From a virus (lineage: Duplodnaviria > Caudoviricetes), in the IMG/VR virus record IMGVR_UViG_3300034658_000009, positions 1-55,935 of that record: a stretch of 55,935 nt of DNA. One strand, 5' to 3'. The position numbers and the translations under genes are program-made. Positions 14,403 through 24,652 of the stretch are shown here, piece after piece. Within the stretch, counting starts at the first letter, position 1. Each line of letters starts with the position of its first letter. The notes under the pieces are model-generated. The model was given only the letters and a program-made list of their open reading frames with translations. It made no database searches and was not told the origin of the DNA.

Positions 14403-16939
14403 CGTTTCGCCTCAATAATAGTCAGCGATCTTTCAAAAATACCGGTGTCGTTCCCGTTCTGGTTTGTCCGGACCTGCAGAGAGTAAGTCCCGGAGGGCGG
14501 CGATTGGACAAAAACCGAAAAAGCCGACGAGCCACGAAGCAAGTAGGTATTACCGGCTGGGCTTGAGTTGCCTGTTGGCGTTGACGAAATCGCCACATAC
14601 TCCTCTGCTATAATCGTCGATCCGCAAACGATTCTAGCGGTTAAGTACCCGCCCATTCGTGTAGTGCCTCCGTTGCATGAAAAAGATGCAGAGACAATGA
14701 TGGGCGCACCGGTCAAAGAAGCTGAGAGAGACAAGATCGTTTTCAGTGATATAGTCGCTTGGGTATAACTACTCGCCGACCTGCCCCTCGGAAACGTCAC
14801 CGCCTGCCCCTTGATCTGGAGCGTATCGACGTAGGCATCACCGGTGAAGATCTTGTTGCCGTCGATCAGGGTGTAGCCCGGCTTTTTCCAGCCATCAACA
14901 ATAGACAGGCCGGCATCGGCGTCTTGCGCCATTTGCAGCACATCGCCAATATCCTGACTGGTGCCGCCGATCTGCAGGTTCTGGCTGATGTAGCCGGTAT
15001 TCGCTTCGATGCGGCCCCGGAATGTGCCGTTGTAAAATTCAACGGTGCCGGATTGCTGAATGCGCCAGCCGGCACTGCCTGCTGCGTAGTTACCGGACTG
15101 CGCATCGCCGTAGAAGGTGGCGGCGCTGGCCACGGCCAGGTTGTCCACGTCGATGTAATCGGCTTTTAGCTTTCCGGAAACGGTGGTAACCGGTACGCCG
15201 GTTGCCGTGGTGATCTTGCCGAAACTGATCGCCCCGACCATGCCCGACTCAATGTAGCCCTCGGGAATGTAGGCCGGGACGTTGATCACGAACCGCTTGA
15301 AACCCTCGACCTCGGCATAGCCAAAGACCAGTTGCGTGTCGCGCACGGCGGCCATGCTTGAGTAATTGGCGTTCGGGTCGAAGGGGGCGATGGATTGCCC
15401 CGGGTCGATGAAGTACACGGCGTCCGAGGCGACAATAAACTCACTGGCACCGTTGACGTTGGCCAGGCCGATGCCTGCAACACGCCCATTCACGTCGAGT
15501 TTGATGGTGTACTGGGCGGACAGAACGGTTATGTCGTCCTCAAGGTTCTGGACTGCGGACACTTCCGCCTTGGTTTGCAGGGCGCTGGTGTTGCCGTTGA
15601 CCGAGGCCGTGAGCGTGGTCACGTCGCTGGCAACCGCTGTAATGTCCTGCTCGTTGGCAGTGACGCGCACATCCAAGTCCTGAAGTGCCTGGGCGTTACC
15701 GTCCACGTCCAGCGCCTGCACATCGGCCTGCAGCTGGGTAATGTCTGCACTGTTGGCTAAGATGGTGCCTTCAGCACTGGTTACCCGGTTGTCCAGCAGG
15801 TTCAACGCCGTGCTGTTGGCGGTAATATCGCCCTCTGCCGTGGTCAGGCCGTTTTCCAGCAGGGTAATGCTGGCGCTGACCGAGGAAATGTCGCCCTCGT
15901 TGGTCGTAACCCGGGATTCCAGGCTGCTGATAGAGAGTGCTTGCGCGGCCAGGCTGGAGTCGTTGTCGGATACATCGGTTTGCAGGCTGGTCACGTCCGA
16001 CGAAATGCTGGTGATCTGGCCTTCCGCTGTGGTGATGCGGGTTGCGTTGTCCGCGATGGCTACAGCATTGGCTGAAAGCAGGTCGTCATAGGTCTGGTAC
16101 GCGCCGATCTGGGTCCAGTTTGCGCCCTCGACCGGGGTCGGGCTGGGGGCGGTCATGGTGACCAGCGCCCGCCAGGCGTAGCCGTTGTATTTCACGGTGT
16201 CGCCGGGGTCGTAGCTCACGGCGCTGTCGAACGCCGGCAGGTTCAGAACTTCGTTAACCGCAGTCTGAATCGTATCAATGCGGGCGTCGTGATCGAGCAG
16301 CGTGTTCTGAATGCCGGGAATGGCCTGAATCGGCGTCAGCAATTCATTGGCCAGCTCGCTCTCGGAAATCTTGCCGTCGAGCAGGTCCACAATGTAATCA
16401 ATGTCCAGCGCCTGGGCCATCGTGCCGGATGGGCTGTTCAGCGGACCTTCAATGTCGCTCGTTGAGGTGAACGAAATCCAGTAGTAATACGGCTTCGGCA
16501 CCACGTCATCGCGCACCACATCGGTATAGAACGCGCCGGCTTCCCGCCCGACCAGAATCGCATTGGCGAAGTTGTCTTCTTCCGCCCGGTAGATATTGGT
16601 GTAGGCGTGATTGGAGTACAGCGAGCCTGGAATGTCCCACGTCAGGTCGATGCGACCGTCAAAGCCGCCAATGGCGTTGAAGCCAGTCGGGGCCGGAGGG
16701 ACAGACAGATTTGGCGGCGGCGGGCTCGGCTCCAGGCTGCCCGGATTGTTCGGGCTCAGGCCGCCCTTGATCTTGACGATGCCGCCATCCACCAGGTCCC
16801 GGAGCGTGATCTTGCGGTCCAGCGGATCACCGCGCACACCCTCGCCGGTTTCGATGATCTCCTTGATCGCGGTAACCAGAGGCTTGAGCTCATTGGCCAC
16901 CTTCGGGGAGACTTGCGGGAGCGTCTTGCGGCGAGCCAT
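14399..16939 (-). CDS. Tail fibre/host specificity protein (FN3-like, CBM5/12-like, coiled coil, DUF1983-like)
   Basis: 846 aa; YYWISF; YDPGDTVKYNGYAW; heptad repeats; YTIKLDVNGRVAGIGL; SGNYAAGSAGWRI. Confidence 0.85.
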   Translation of the reverse strand: MARRKTLPQVSPKVANELKPLVTAIKEIIETGEGVRGDPLDRKITLRDLVDGGIVKIKGGLSPNNPGSLEPSPPPPNLSVPPAPTGFNAIGGFDGRIDLTWDIPGSLYSNHAYTNIYRAEEDNFANAILVGREAGAFYTDVVRDDVVPKPYYYWISFTSTSDIEGPLNSPSGTMAQALDIDYIVDLLDGKISESELANELLTPIQAIPGIQNTLLDHDARIDTIQTAVNEVLNLPAFDSAVSYDPGDTVKYNGYAWRALVTMTAPSPTPVEGANWTQIGAYQTYDDLLSANAVAIADNATRITTAEGQITSISSDVTSLQTDVSDNDSSLAAQALSISSLESRVTTNEGDISSVSASITLLENGLTTAEGDITANSTALNLLDNRVTSAEGTILANSADITQLQADVQALDVDGNAQALQDLDVRVTANEQDITAVASDVTTLTASVNGNTSALQTKAEVSAVQNLEDDITVLSAQYTIKLDVNGRVAGIGLANVNGASEFIVASDAVYFIDPGQSIAPFDPNANYSSMAAVRDTQLVFGYAEVEGFKRFVINVPAYIPEGYIESGMVGAISFGKITTATGVPVTTVSGKLKADYIDVDNLAVASAATFYGDAQSGNYAAGSAGWRIQQSGTVEFYNGTFRGRIEANTGYISQNLQIGGTSQDIGDVLQMAQDADAGLSIVDGWKKPGYTLIDGNKIFTGDAYVDTLQIKGQAVTFPRGRSASSYTQATISLKTILSLSASLTGAPIIVSASFSCNGGTTRMGGYLTARIVCGSTIIAEEYVAISSTPTGNSSPAGNTYLLRGSSAFSVFVQSPPSGTYSLQVRTNQNGNDTGIFERSLTIIEAKR

Positions 16940-18555
16940 TAGACCAATTCTCCCGGGCTGGTCGCCAGCTGCACACTGGCCACCTCAACGCCGCCGCTCA
17001 ACACCACCTCCCAATCACGGGCCAGGGTGAAGCCGGGCGGCATCCGGAACATGCTCGCACTCTGAACGGCCTGATCCAGCACGGTCTGGCCGTCGGCGTA
17101 AACGGTTAATTGCACCGGGTAGGCGTACGCAATGACCTTGCCGCAGGTGAAGCCAGCAGAGCCGGGAGGAAATTCATGGATGCGTGAGCGCCAGGTGAAG
17201 GTCTGCGGGGTACCGGTGTTCCAGGTGACAATGCTGGCACCCTGCACCAGGTACAGGTTGTCCTCGGCGATGTCGTAATACCCGGCGTCGGCCTGGGTAT
17301 CGAAGAATTCAAAGCCAACACCGGGCGTAAACAGGAACGAGCCGGTATCGGTGAAGCCGAGATACGCGCCATCGTACAGGTAGGCATGGATGGTGCCCGG
17401 GTTGAGCGCCAGCCATTGGTCGCGGGTCATGGCCTCGGCGGTAATCACCCGGGCCTCAGACCCACCAATGGCGACCAGGCCGTCATAACCGGCATAGATC
17501 GCGTACCCGCCCATGTCCACCATCGAGCGTTTCGACAGGCAGGGCTGGTTTACATCCAGTTCCATCTGCGCCATGGCTTCCGGACTGGAGCCGGTGACCA
17601 GCCACGGCTGGCCGGTCGTGGTGACCACCAGTCCGCCGCTGATCGCGGCAATGGCGACAATCGGATCCGGGAACGCCAGTTGGTACCCGACGGGCCAGGC
17701 GTGTGGCAGGTACGGCTCGCTGAACGCCAAGGTGTTGCTGAAGAATCCAGCGAGAAAGCCGCCCGGGAGCGGGGTCAGTCCGCGCAGGGCGGCGTTCGGG
17801 CCATCCCACCCCAGGGACGCCAGGGCAATGCCCAGTTGTTCTGAGGGAATGTTGTCCGTGTAGGTGCCGGTCGCCGCTGCCAACTCGACCACCAGTTGGT
17901 AGGTGCCGCCGCTCTCGACGCGATACAGCCGTTTCTTGGTGATATTCAGGTTGGCGGTGGGAATGCCCGGCAAGGTCACCTCAACTTCGCCAAAGTCCGG
18001 GTTGTCCACGGTGTCATCCCATCGCAGAACAAAACCGGACGGATCCGACGGCGGGCCCTCCTCGCCAAATTCGGTCACCAGGGTCACCACGTAGGCGGTT
18101 TCCAGAGCGGTATCGGGCGCGTCGGTGCGGGAGGCGGGGGCGGCTACGGAAGGGGCGGACTCGGGCGCGGGCACACCCAGTTGGTACCAGGCAGAGGGGT
18201 AAGGCCCGGCGCCGGCGGTCAGTTGCGCGAGGGAGCCCATTTTCGGGGCGTCCTGGCCGGTCCAATACGCGCGGGCATAGGCGTCGTTGGCGATGTGTGA
18301 GCGCACCACGTCCACATCGTACTGGCTGCCCCAAGAGAACCAGAAACCGGCGCCGTTGTTACCCTCGTCGTACCGCCAGAGATTCGCGGGGTTGATCGTC
18401 GCGGGCAGACTGGACGCCGCTGTCACGCCCCGGTACGGCTTCAGGGTGCCGCGCTTCATATTAAGATTACGAGCCACCTGGGCGTTATTCTCGGGCAATA
18501 GCCGGGGGTCCAGGATTGGCAACTCGCCCCGGAAAGCCGCGTGTTGAATCTTCAT
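16939..18555 (-). CDS. Tail nozzle/tubular protein B-like
   Basis: 538 aa, beta-rich; FRGELPILDPRLLP; follows the adaptor genes. Confidence 0.7.
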   Translation of the reverse strand: MKIQHAAFRGELPILDPRLLPENNAQVARNLNMKRGTLKPYRGVTAASSLPATINPANLWRYDEGNNGAGFWFSWGSQYDVDVVRSHIANDAYARAYWTGQDAPKMGSLAQLTAGAGPYPSAWYQLGVPAPESAPSVAAPASRTDAPDTALETAYVVTLVTEFGEEGPPSDPSGFVLRWDDTVDNPDFGEVEVTLPGIPTANLNITKKRLYRVESGGTYQLVVELAAATGTYTDNIPSEQLGIALASLGWDGPNAALRGLTPLPGGFLAGFFSNTLAFSEPYLPHAWPVGYQLAFPDPIVAIAAISGGLVVTTTGQPWLVTGSSPEAMAQMELDVNQPCLSKRSMVDMGGYAIYAGYDGLVAIGGSEARVITAEAMTRDQWLALNPGTIHAYLYDGAYLGFTDTGSFLFTPGVGFEFFDTQADAGYYDIAEDNLYLVQGASIVTWNTGTPQTFTWRSRIHEFPPGSAGFTCGKVIAYAYPVQLTVYADGQTVLDQAVQSASMFRMPPGFTLARDWEVVLSGGVEVASVQLATSPGELV

Positions 18556-18568
18556 GAAGCGAATCCTG

Positions 18569-19126
18569 TCAGATGAACGGGCGCATCTTCACGCGGGCAC
18601 CGCCGCGCGCGTACCCGTGGGTCGCTCGCTGTTTGGCCTCGGTGGTCCCGGCCCGGAACTGGCGCTGGTAGTAGGTGGCCAACTCCGGGTTGCGCCACGG
18701 TTGCGGCATCAGGAACAGGCGCCAGAGCACCCCGTCGGCAATCACGGCATGCCAGTGGGTCAGCACGGCCTCCGGTACTGCTGCACCGGGCACCGGGCGC
18801 AGCGCCAACTTGCCGGTCAACGAATCCTTGGTGGTCTTTCTCAGCAATTCGACGGTGGCCGGGGTCGGCTGCACAAAATCCCGGCCAGACACCAGGGGAT
18901 GGCCGTTGTCGCTCAGCGCGGCAATGCGCAGCGGTTCCGCATCCTCGGGCACCAGCAACTGCGGGTAGCCGCTCTTTGCACCCACCACCACGATACCGGT
19001 GTGCACCCAGGCATCACCGGCGTCACACAACTCCCGGGCCATACGCTGAATCTGATCAGCCACGGTGGCGCGAGGCGCGTCCGGGATGTCCAGTTGAATC
19101 TGGTCGATCAGGTCATCCTGGGTCAT
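18569..19126 (-). CDS. Head-tail adaptor-like protein
   Basis: 185 aa; position and helical N- and C-termini. Confidence 0.6.
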   Translation of the reverse strand: MTQDDLIDQIQLDIPDAPRATVADQIQRMARELCDAGDAWVHTGIVVVGAKSGYPQLLVPEDAEPLRIAALSDNGHPLVSGRDFVQPTPATVELLRKTTKDSLTGKLALRPVPGAAVPEAVLTHWHAVIADGVLWRLFLMPQPWRNPELATYYQRQFRAGTTEAKQRATHGYARGGARVKMRPFI

Positions 19127-19815
19127 GCGTTACCTCGGGGCGGGTTGGCAGAGGTGTCCGGTGCGTTCGGGGAATACGCCTGATCGGCCTGACGCTTGCC
19201 GGTCAGTTGTTGGGCGTAGTTCTGAAAGTGCATCCGGGAGCGGTTCAGGTTCTGCGGGGTTTCCGCATCCTTGCTGAAGGCGCGGTACAGAATGTAATCG
19301 GTGGCTGCTGGCGCATGAGCGTCGTTCAGCTTGAAATCTTCCAGCCCGTACACGGCAAAGGTTGTGCTCAGGTCGTGTGGCGCCGGAACCGTGGAGTACA
19401 GGATCTCGACCGTGGCGCCGGCCTCGGCAGGCGGATACACATAGAAAACCTTGGGGTCCAGATCCTCGAACACGTACTGCTCGATACGGCTGGTGGCCGG
19501 GTCCGAATGCCAGGCCCGACGAATGGTGTCCAGCGACTTGCGCGTGGTCACCGAAATGCCGGTCATCTTACCGCTGGTGTTGCGAATCACGTCGATCAGG
19601 CGCAGGCCGGTAGCGGGAACTTCCTGCTTGGTGCCTGCAGCCAGGGCCAGTTCTTCATTCACCGTCGATACGTCGGGCTTGAGCCCTACGGCAGCCTGAT
19701 AAAACTCGTTCAGCCAGCCGGCCAGTTCATCGTTGGTCCAGCGGGTTCCGTCTGCGGTGACTTCCTGCAGAATCCGCTTGGCGTTGTTGACGATATCCGC
19801 GACGGTGACAGCCAT
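19123..19815 (-). CDS. Head-tail adaptor (DUF6682-like)
   Basis: [33 protein letters not shown]. Confidence 0.75.
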   Translation of the reverse strand: MAVTVADIVNNAKRILQEVTADGTRWTNDELAGWLNEFYQAAVGLKPDVSTVNEELALAAGTKQEVPATGLRLIDVIRNTSGKMTGISVTTRKSLDTIRRAWHSDPATSRIEQYVFEDLDPKVFYVYPPAEAGATVEILYSTVPAPHDLSTTFAVYGLEDFKLNDAHAPAATDYILYRAFSKDAETPQNLNRSRMHFQNYAQQLTGKRQADQAYSPNAPDTSANPPRGNA

Positions 19816-19818
19816 GGG

Positions 19819-20145
19819 TCAGACTTCCTCCATGTGCGGCATCTTGGCCATGGCCGAAGTCCAGGGGATCATTCGCCCGGTATTGCGGTTGCGGCCCAGC
19901 TTTCCGGTATAACCGGACGCCGTTGGCGACTTCATCTTTTCCGGGTGAATCACAGTCTCTTGGGGCTGCTCGGGCTCGCCAGCAGCCTCCGAGGTAAAGC
20001 CTTGGCTTTCGGCCTCACCAATCAATTCGGCACGCAGAACTTCCTTGGCCTTGCGCTTGTCCACATCAATACCCAGATGCTCGATGCCCAGAGCCTCCAG
20101 ATCGTCCTTGGTGCGGGCTTTTTCCAACTTATGAATCAAGTCCAT
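19819..20145 (-). CDS. Hypothetical protein (Rho-N/HeH-like N-terminus)
   Basis: TKDDLEALGIEHLGIDVDKRKAKEVL; GGAG RBS. Confidence 0.6.
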   Translation of the reverse strand: MDLIHKLEKARTKDDLEALGIEHLGIDVDKRKAKEVLRAELIGEAESQGFTSEAAGEPEQPQETVIHPEKMKSPTASGYTGKLGRNRNTGRMIPWTSAMAKMPHMEEV

Positions 20146-20157
20146 GTCTCACTCCAG

Positions 20158-20187
20158 AAACACAAGACCGCCCCGAAGGGCGGCCTC
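20158..20187 (-). terminator. Intrinsic terminator after the capsid gene
   Basis: GGCCGCCC-TTCG-GGGCGGTC followed by TTGTGTTT on the minus strand. Confidence 0.65.
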
Positions 20188-20200
20188 ATGGTCAGTGGGT

Positions 20201-21142
20201 TTAACCGCGCTCGGCGTACAGGTGACCGATGGCGTTCGGGTCGATGACCTTGCGGCCATAGACGTTCAGGCCACGGATCAGCTTGCCGAAATCGTCCGGA
20301 TTGGGCAGCGTCTCCATGTTGGTCATCTGGCTCGCAAAGGTCAGCGCCTTCTTGTGACCGAAGATCACGTTGGTGGCCTGGTTGGTGGTGGTCGCGTCGG
20401 TCACAACGTCCAGGTTGTTGTTGACGTACACAGAGAACCGGTCAAGCTCGCCAACCTTGCCGTTACGGAACACGGAGGTGGAATCACCCATCGCGCTGGC
20501 GTCCCGCAGGTCGGACTTCTTGAGCATCCCGTTCATCCACGCCGGCAGAATCACGTAACGGCCAGTGTTCGGCACGTTCTGCTCATCCAGCGCGGTGCCG
20601 CAATCGACCAGAACATCCAGGATGTTGGCCTTGGTGATCGCCACCGGCGCGCCGGCTGCGCCCAGGTTCAGGGAGCCGGACTTGGCGCCTGCCGCTGCGC
20701 CTGCGTTAGCTGCGGCTGCCTCGGTATAGGCATAGGCGTTAACATCCGTGTCAATGGCGATCGACATTTGCTGGCCGCCATCTTCGGCCCAGTCGTCCAT
20801 CAACTTGATGTCCGCCTGATAGGCGTCGATGTCGTTGACTTCGAAGGAGAACGACTTAGCCTTGTTGATCTGGAGCTCCACCTTGTCGCTGGTGGGCTTC
20901 TGATAAGTCAGGCCGCCGCCTACCTCATAGTCGTTGATGGTGATAGTGGGCGTGGTGCGGATCTGAACCGAGTCACCAACGTTCTTTACCTCGCCCTCAT
21001 AGAGAGTGTTTGCAACCTCGGCATACGCCGTTGATGCGTAAAGCTTTTCCACCAACTTGCCCGACCAGATGGACGGTATAAACCCGCTGGTGCTGCTGCT
21101 GGAATAATCGGGGTGCCCTACGGCACGAGTTGGACCTGCCAT
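20201..21142 (-). CDS. Major capsid protein
   Basis: GFIPSIWSGKL...YEGEVKNVGDSVQI...IRGLNVYGRKVI (P22 gp5/T7-like coat signature). Confidence 0.9.
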   Translation of the reverse strand: MAGPTRAVGHPDYSSSSTSGFIPSIWSGKLVEKLYASTAYAEVANTLYEGEVKNVGDSVQIRTTPTITINDYEVGGGLTYQKPTSDKVELQINKAKSFSFEVNDIDAYQADIKLMDDWAEDGGQQMSIAIDTDVNAYAYTEAAAANAGAAAGAKSGSLNLGAAGAPVAITKANILDVLVDCGTALDEQNVPNTGRYVILPAWMNGMLKKSDLRDASAMGDSTSVFRNGKVGELDRFSVYVNNNLDVVTDATTTNQATNVIFGHKKALTFASQMTNMETLPNPDDFGKLIRGLNVYGRKVIDPNAIGHLYAERG

Positions 21143-21189
21143 GATAATTACCTCTCGGAATCAATGAACCGCGAGGCGTTGGCCGGGGC

Positions 21190-22137
21190 TTATCGCACCC
21201 GGCCCTCGCGCTGTGCGGCGAAGATGTCGGCTTCGAGCCGCTTCCCTTCTTCCGCGCTGTATTTCCCGTTGGCCTTATCGGTGTAGAACTGCTTGATCTC
21301 CGGCCCAGTCCAGATCCGTCCCGCGTCGGGGGTGGTTGTGGATCGGCTGGTGGGAGGATCCACCTGGTCATCGGGAATGCGCGTTTTCTCGGGCTTCGGC
21401 TGCTGTTTTTTGAAGGCGTCGAACACGGCGGCTACGCCGTCTGCGTCCAGTGCCTGTTGCGCAGCGTTCAGCGTTTGCTGGCGCTGCTCTCCGGTCTGCG
21501 GGTCGTACTGCGAGAGAAAGGTGTGGAACGCCTTGTCGTCGTTCACGGTTTTCCAGTCCGGCACCAGTTCGTTGAGCGCGGTCCAGAACGAGGCAGTGGT
21601 TTTCTGCTGCTCTCGCTGCTCGAACGTCTCAACCTTGCGCTTCAACTCATTCACTTCGGCGCTGTTGTCGGATTTGCTGGCACTGCTGGACACCATGCGT
21701 TGCACGAACGACACAAAGTCCTCACCAAACTCTGCTTCAAACTTGGCCATCTGCTCGTCAGTGAGCCCGCCGTTATTGCCTTCTTGCTTGGCGGCGCTTA
21801 TCAGTCCGTCGATCTTTTGATCCCTTTCACTGACTTGCTTTTTAAGTGACCTGACCTCATCACGCAGCGCTGGCACCTCGGCGGCGTACTTCCCGTTAAT
21901 GACGTTGAAGCGGTGTTCCCAGTAGGCCTCGGAGCGTTTCGGCTCGTCGGGTTTGTTGTCACCCTGGGAGTGCTTTTCGTCGTCGGGTTGTGCCGGCGGT
22001 TCAGCGGGTTGCGCGGCTTCCGGTGCTTCAGGCGCCTTTGTTTCCGATTCCGGAGCCGGTGGTTCGGGATTCTGGAGGGATTCAAAGTGCTGCTTGGCCG
22101 CATCGGCCTGCTGCTGGACGGAACGGGGTAGTGGCAT
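21190..22137 (-). CDS. Capsid scaffolding protein
   Basis: P/E/A-rich N-terminus, coiled coil, C-terminal AAQREGRVR; AGGAG RBS before ATG 22137. Confidence 0.8.
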   Translation of the reverse strand: MPLPRSVQQQADAAKQHFESLQNPEPPAPESETKAPEAPEAAQPAEPPAQPDDEKHSQGDNKPDEPKRSEAYWEHRFNVINGKYAAEVPALRDEVRSLKKQVSERDQKIDGLISAAKQEGNNGGLTDEQMAKFEAEFGEDFVSFVQRMVSSSASKSDNSAEVNELKRKVETFEQREQQKTTASFWTALNELVPDWKTVNDDKAFHTFLSQYDPQTGEQRQQTLNAAQQALDADGVAAVFDAFKKQQPKPEKTRIPDDQVDPPTSRSTTTPDAGRIWTGPEIKQFYTDKANGKYSAEEGKRLEADIFAAQREGRVR

Positions 22138-22247
22138 TTCAACTCCTATGCGCTTATCTGCGCGGTGAGCCGGCATGCGCCGGGGTTCACGATTCGGGGT
22201 CACGGATTCGGTGCCGTTGGCCTTACCGGCATCGAGCGATCACCCAC

Positions 22248-22283
22248 AAAAAAACCGCCTCCCATTGCTGGTGAAGCGGCTTT
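22248..22283 (-). terminator. Intrinsic terminator
   Basis: AAGCCGCTTC...GGAGGCGGTTTTTTT on the minus strand. Confidence 0.6.
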
Positions 22284-22314
22284 CTTGTGAGGCCCGGCGA
22301 ACCGGGCTATGGGG

Positions 22315-22542
22315 TTACTGGCTGTATCGACTGTTCACAACGTCGCGGGCGCCTTGCAGATCCTTGGCCAGCGTCTTGTAGGCATCAGCGCATCCCTGGG
22401 CCTTGCAGACCATTAAGTGGCTGTCCGCCATTTCGAGACGGTCCCTGCATTCCTCCCGGCGCTTGCTGAGGATAGCCAGCAGGCGCTGGCCGTCCGGCGT
22501 TGAGGCGATTCGCGCCAGGGCCTTCCAGTCCTTCTCGTCCAT
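22315..22542 (-). CDS. Small portal-adjacent protein overlapping the portal 3' end
   Basis: 75 aa, helical; STPDGQRLLAIL...KAQG. Confidence 0.7.
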   Translation of the reverse strand: MDEKDWKALARIASTPDGQRLLAILSKRREECRDRLEMADSHLMVCKAQGCADAYKTLAKDLQGARDVVNSRYSQ

Positions 22543-24652
22543 CTTGCTCTCTCATCATGTTGACAATTTCCGCCATGAGCTTGCGAGCCTTGAGCGGCGT
22601 CATGGTGATGGTTTCTTGCGTGTCGGCCTGAGTCTCGGCCACTTCGGCCTCGCTCTTGGCGGCCTTGGCCATCTTCTCTTTCGCCTCGGCCTGCTTAATC
22701 ATGCTTTCGAGTTCCTGCATCATCTGCTGCGCTTCGTTCTGGCCCTTGGCGTTCTCCTGCATCTTGTCCTCGGAAGGAATTAGCCCCGGCATATCCAGCT
22801 TCTCGGCCACGGCTTCCAGCAGGTCACGACGGCCCTCGCGGCCAATGATGCCCATATCAATATCGTTGGTAGTCATCTGAAGGAATTGTGTGCGCATCTG
22901 GTAGGTCTGCTCACGGATCAGCATGGCGCTGGAGCCTCGCGGCACTACGGCCACGTCGCCCTTGATGCTGTTGTCGTCGCTGTACTGCATGTTGTGCAGC
23001 CAGAGGGCTTCGATCACACGGCGAATCACACCCCGGTCAATGTGCCGGATAGCGTCTTTGATGCCTTTGTTCGCACTCTCCATGAGCATCGAGAGGCCGG
23101 AAGCGGTCTGTCCGGCCCCACCCACACGCTCATTGCCGTAGGAATAGCGGGGAATGTTGGTGGCATCGTCCGCCCGGATCTCGAACTTCTCGTACACGGC
23201 CAGCAGTTCAGCGGCGTTGCTCGTTGGCTGGAAGAAATTAAGCGCCCGATTGTTGCCGGTCAGGTTGGAGTCCTTGGTTTTCCAGATCTTCCACGGATAG
23301 ATTTCATCTGCGCTTTCAGAGGGGTCCAGGCGCTCGTAATACACTTCCACCTGCGGGCCTGAGCTGATCGCCAGGTTGTTGACCAGTGACCGGGCGGTGG
23401 CGTTGCACACGTCCTGAATATCGCTCATCAACTCGGGAATGCCCTGTCCCCAGAACGAACCGGGCACCGGCTGGAAACTGGCGGCGTGGTAAGGCCGGCG
23501 CTCCAGCGGGTCACGGTTGATCTTCACGCGGATGACGTGGTTGCCGATCAGGGTCGCTTCGACTTCGTACTCGGCCAGCGGGTCTTCAACGTCGTCCGGG
23601 TTCACGCCCCACTGCAGCAGGCTTGTGCCTTGCGCACCACCGCAATAGATCAGGGCGTCGATGGTCTGGCCCCGGGTCAGCCACTCATGGCCGCGCCCTT
23701 CCAGTTCGGCACGCTCACCGTCACTCCAAAGCCAGTGGCGCAGGCCGGATTGGCCGTGCTCGTCCAGAACGGCACGGATGGCTTCTTCGTTGTAGCCTGG
23801 AACCCCAATGAGTTTATTCAGGTGCCCGCGAGTGAAGCGGCAGCGCTCGATGATGTACGCGCCGTTATCAATGCTGGTGGCGTCCGGGCTCGGGTACATA
23901 TCGAACGGGGAGACGCGGTACCAGTCCGGCTTGATCTCCATCGTCTTGACCGATTTCCAGCCTTCCATCCAGGCCAGAGAGGCGACACGGCGCAAGTTGT
24001 GGCCGCGGATAAAGGCGTTCGGAAACGTAGTGAAGTCGTCAATGAAATCGGCCAGGGCGGAATCCCAGTCACCTTCTGCCAGCTGGTCCTCGATCAATTC
24101 CTCGTGGCGCTCGGCGGCTTCTTCGGCCCGCTCCTGCGCTGCATGGCGGATATGATCTTCGGCAGCCTTCATAATCGCCTGCACGTCAGGCGTTTGACCG
24201 GACTGCTGAGCTTCCAGGGCGGCCCGCTGCATAAACTGGCTGAACACCGGCTGCAGGAACTCGGGCGGCACCTGCGCAATCGGCGTCGGGCTCAGACCCC
24301 ACGGCTTTTCGTTGGCGGGCATCAGAATGTCTCTGATCCACGATGAGGCGGCCCGGCACTTGGTGGTGGTCAGCATCATGAAAATGGCGCTGCCGCCTTC
24401 CTGCTTGATGGCAGCCAGCTTGCTCGGGTCATACTCACCCTTGCGCCGTCTCAGGCAGTCCAGCAGGCGGTATTCCACTTCCTGCTTGGCCATCTTGGCC
24501 TCTTCCCAGCAGCGGCGAATGTGCGCCCCCAGGGAGCTCTCCATCATCTTCAGTCGCCTGGTCTGCTCGTCCTCGATGCGCTGCGCTTCGGTCACTTCTT
24601 CGTCGCGCAATTCGCTGGCAGATTTGTACTGCAGTAGCCCGAGATTAGCCAT
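22385..24652 (-). CDS. Portal protein
   Basis: 755 aa; VSPFDMYPSP, PGSFWGQGIPE, TASGLSMLM. Confidence 0.9.
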   Translation of the reverse strand: MANLGLLQYKSASELRDEEVTEAQRIEDEQTRRLKMMESSLGAHIRRCWEEAKMAKQEVEYRLLDCLRRRKGEYDPSKLAAIKQEGGSAIFMMLTTTKCRAASSWIRDILMPANEKPWGLSPTPIAQVPPEFLQPVFSQFMQRAALEAQQSGQTPDVQAIMKAAEDHIRHAAQERAEEAAERHEELIEDQLAEGDWDSALADFIDDFTTFPNAFIRGHNLRRVASLAWMEGWKSVKTMEIKPDWYRVSPFDMYPSPDATSIDNGAYIIERCRFTRGHLNKLIGVPGYNEEAIRAVLDEHGQSGLRHWLWSDGERAELEGRGHEWLTRGQTIDALIYCGGAQGTSLLQWGVNPDDVEDPLAEYEVEATLIGNHVIRVKINRDPLERRPYHAASFQPVPGSFWGQGIPELMSDIQDVCNATARSLVNNLAISSGPQVEVYYERLDPSESADEIYPWKIWKTKDSNLTGNNRALNFFQPTSNAAELLAVYEKFEIRADDATNIPRYSYGNERVGGAGQTASGLSMLMESANKGIKDAIRHIDRGVIRRVIEALWLHNMQYSDDNSIKGDVAVVPRGSSAMLIREQTYQMRTQFLQMTTNDIDMGIIGREGRRDLLEAVAEKLDMPGLIPSEDKMQENAKGQNEAQQMMQELESMIKQAEAKEKMAKAAKSEAEVAETQADTQETITMTPLKARKLMAEIVNMMREQDGREGLEGPGANRLNAGRPAPAGYPQQAPGGMQGPSRNGGQPLNGLQGPGMR

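Noticed and set aside
14399-16939. Diversity-generating retroelement or invertible tail-fibre cassette
   Set aside because: No reverse transcriptase, TR/VR pair or invertase seen in the window
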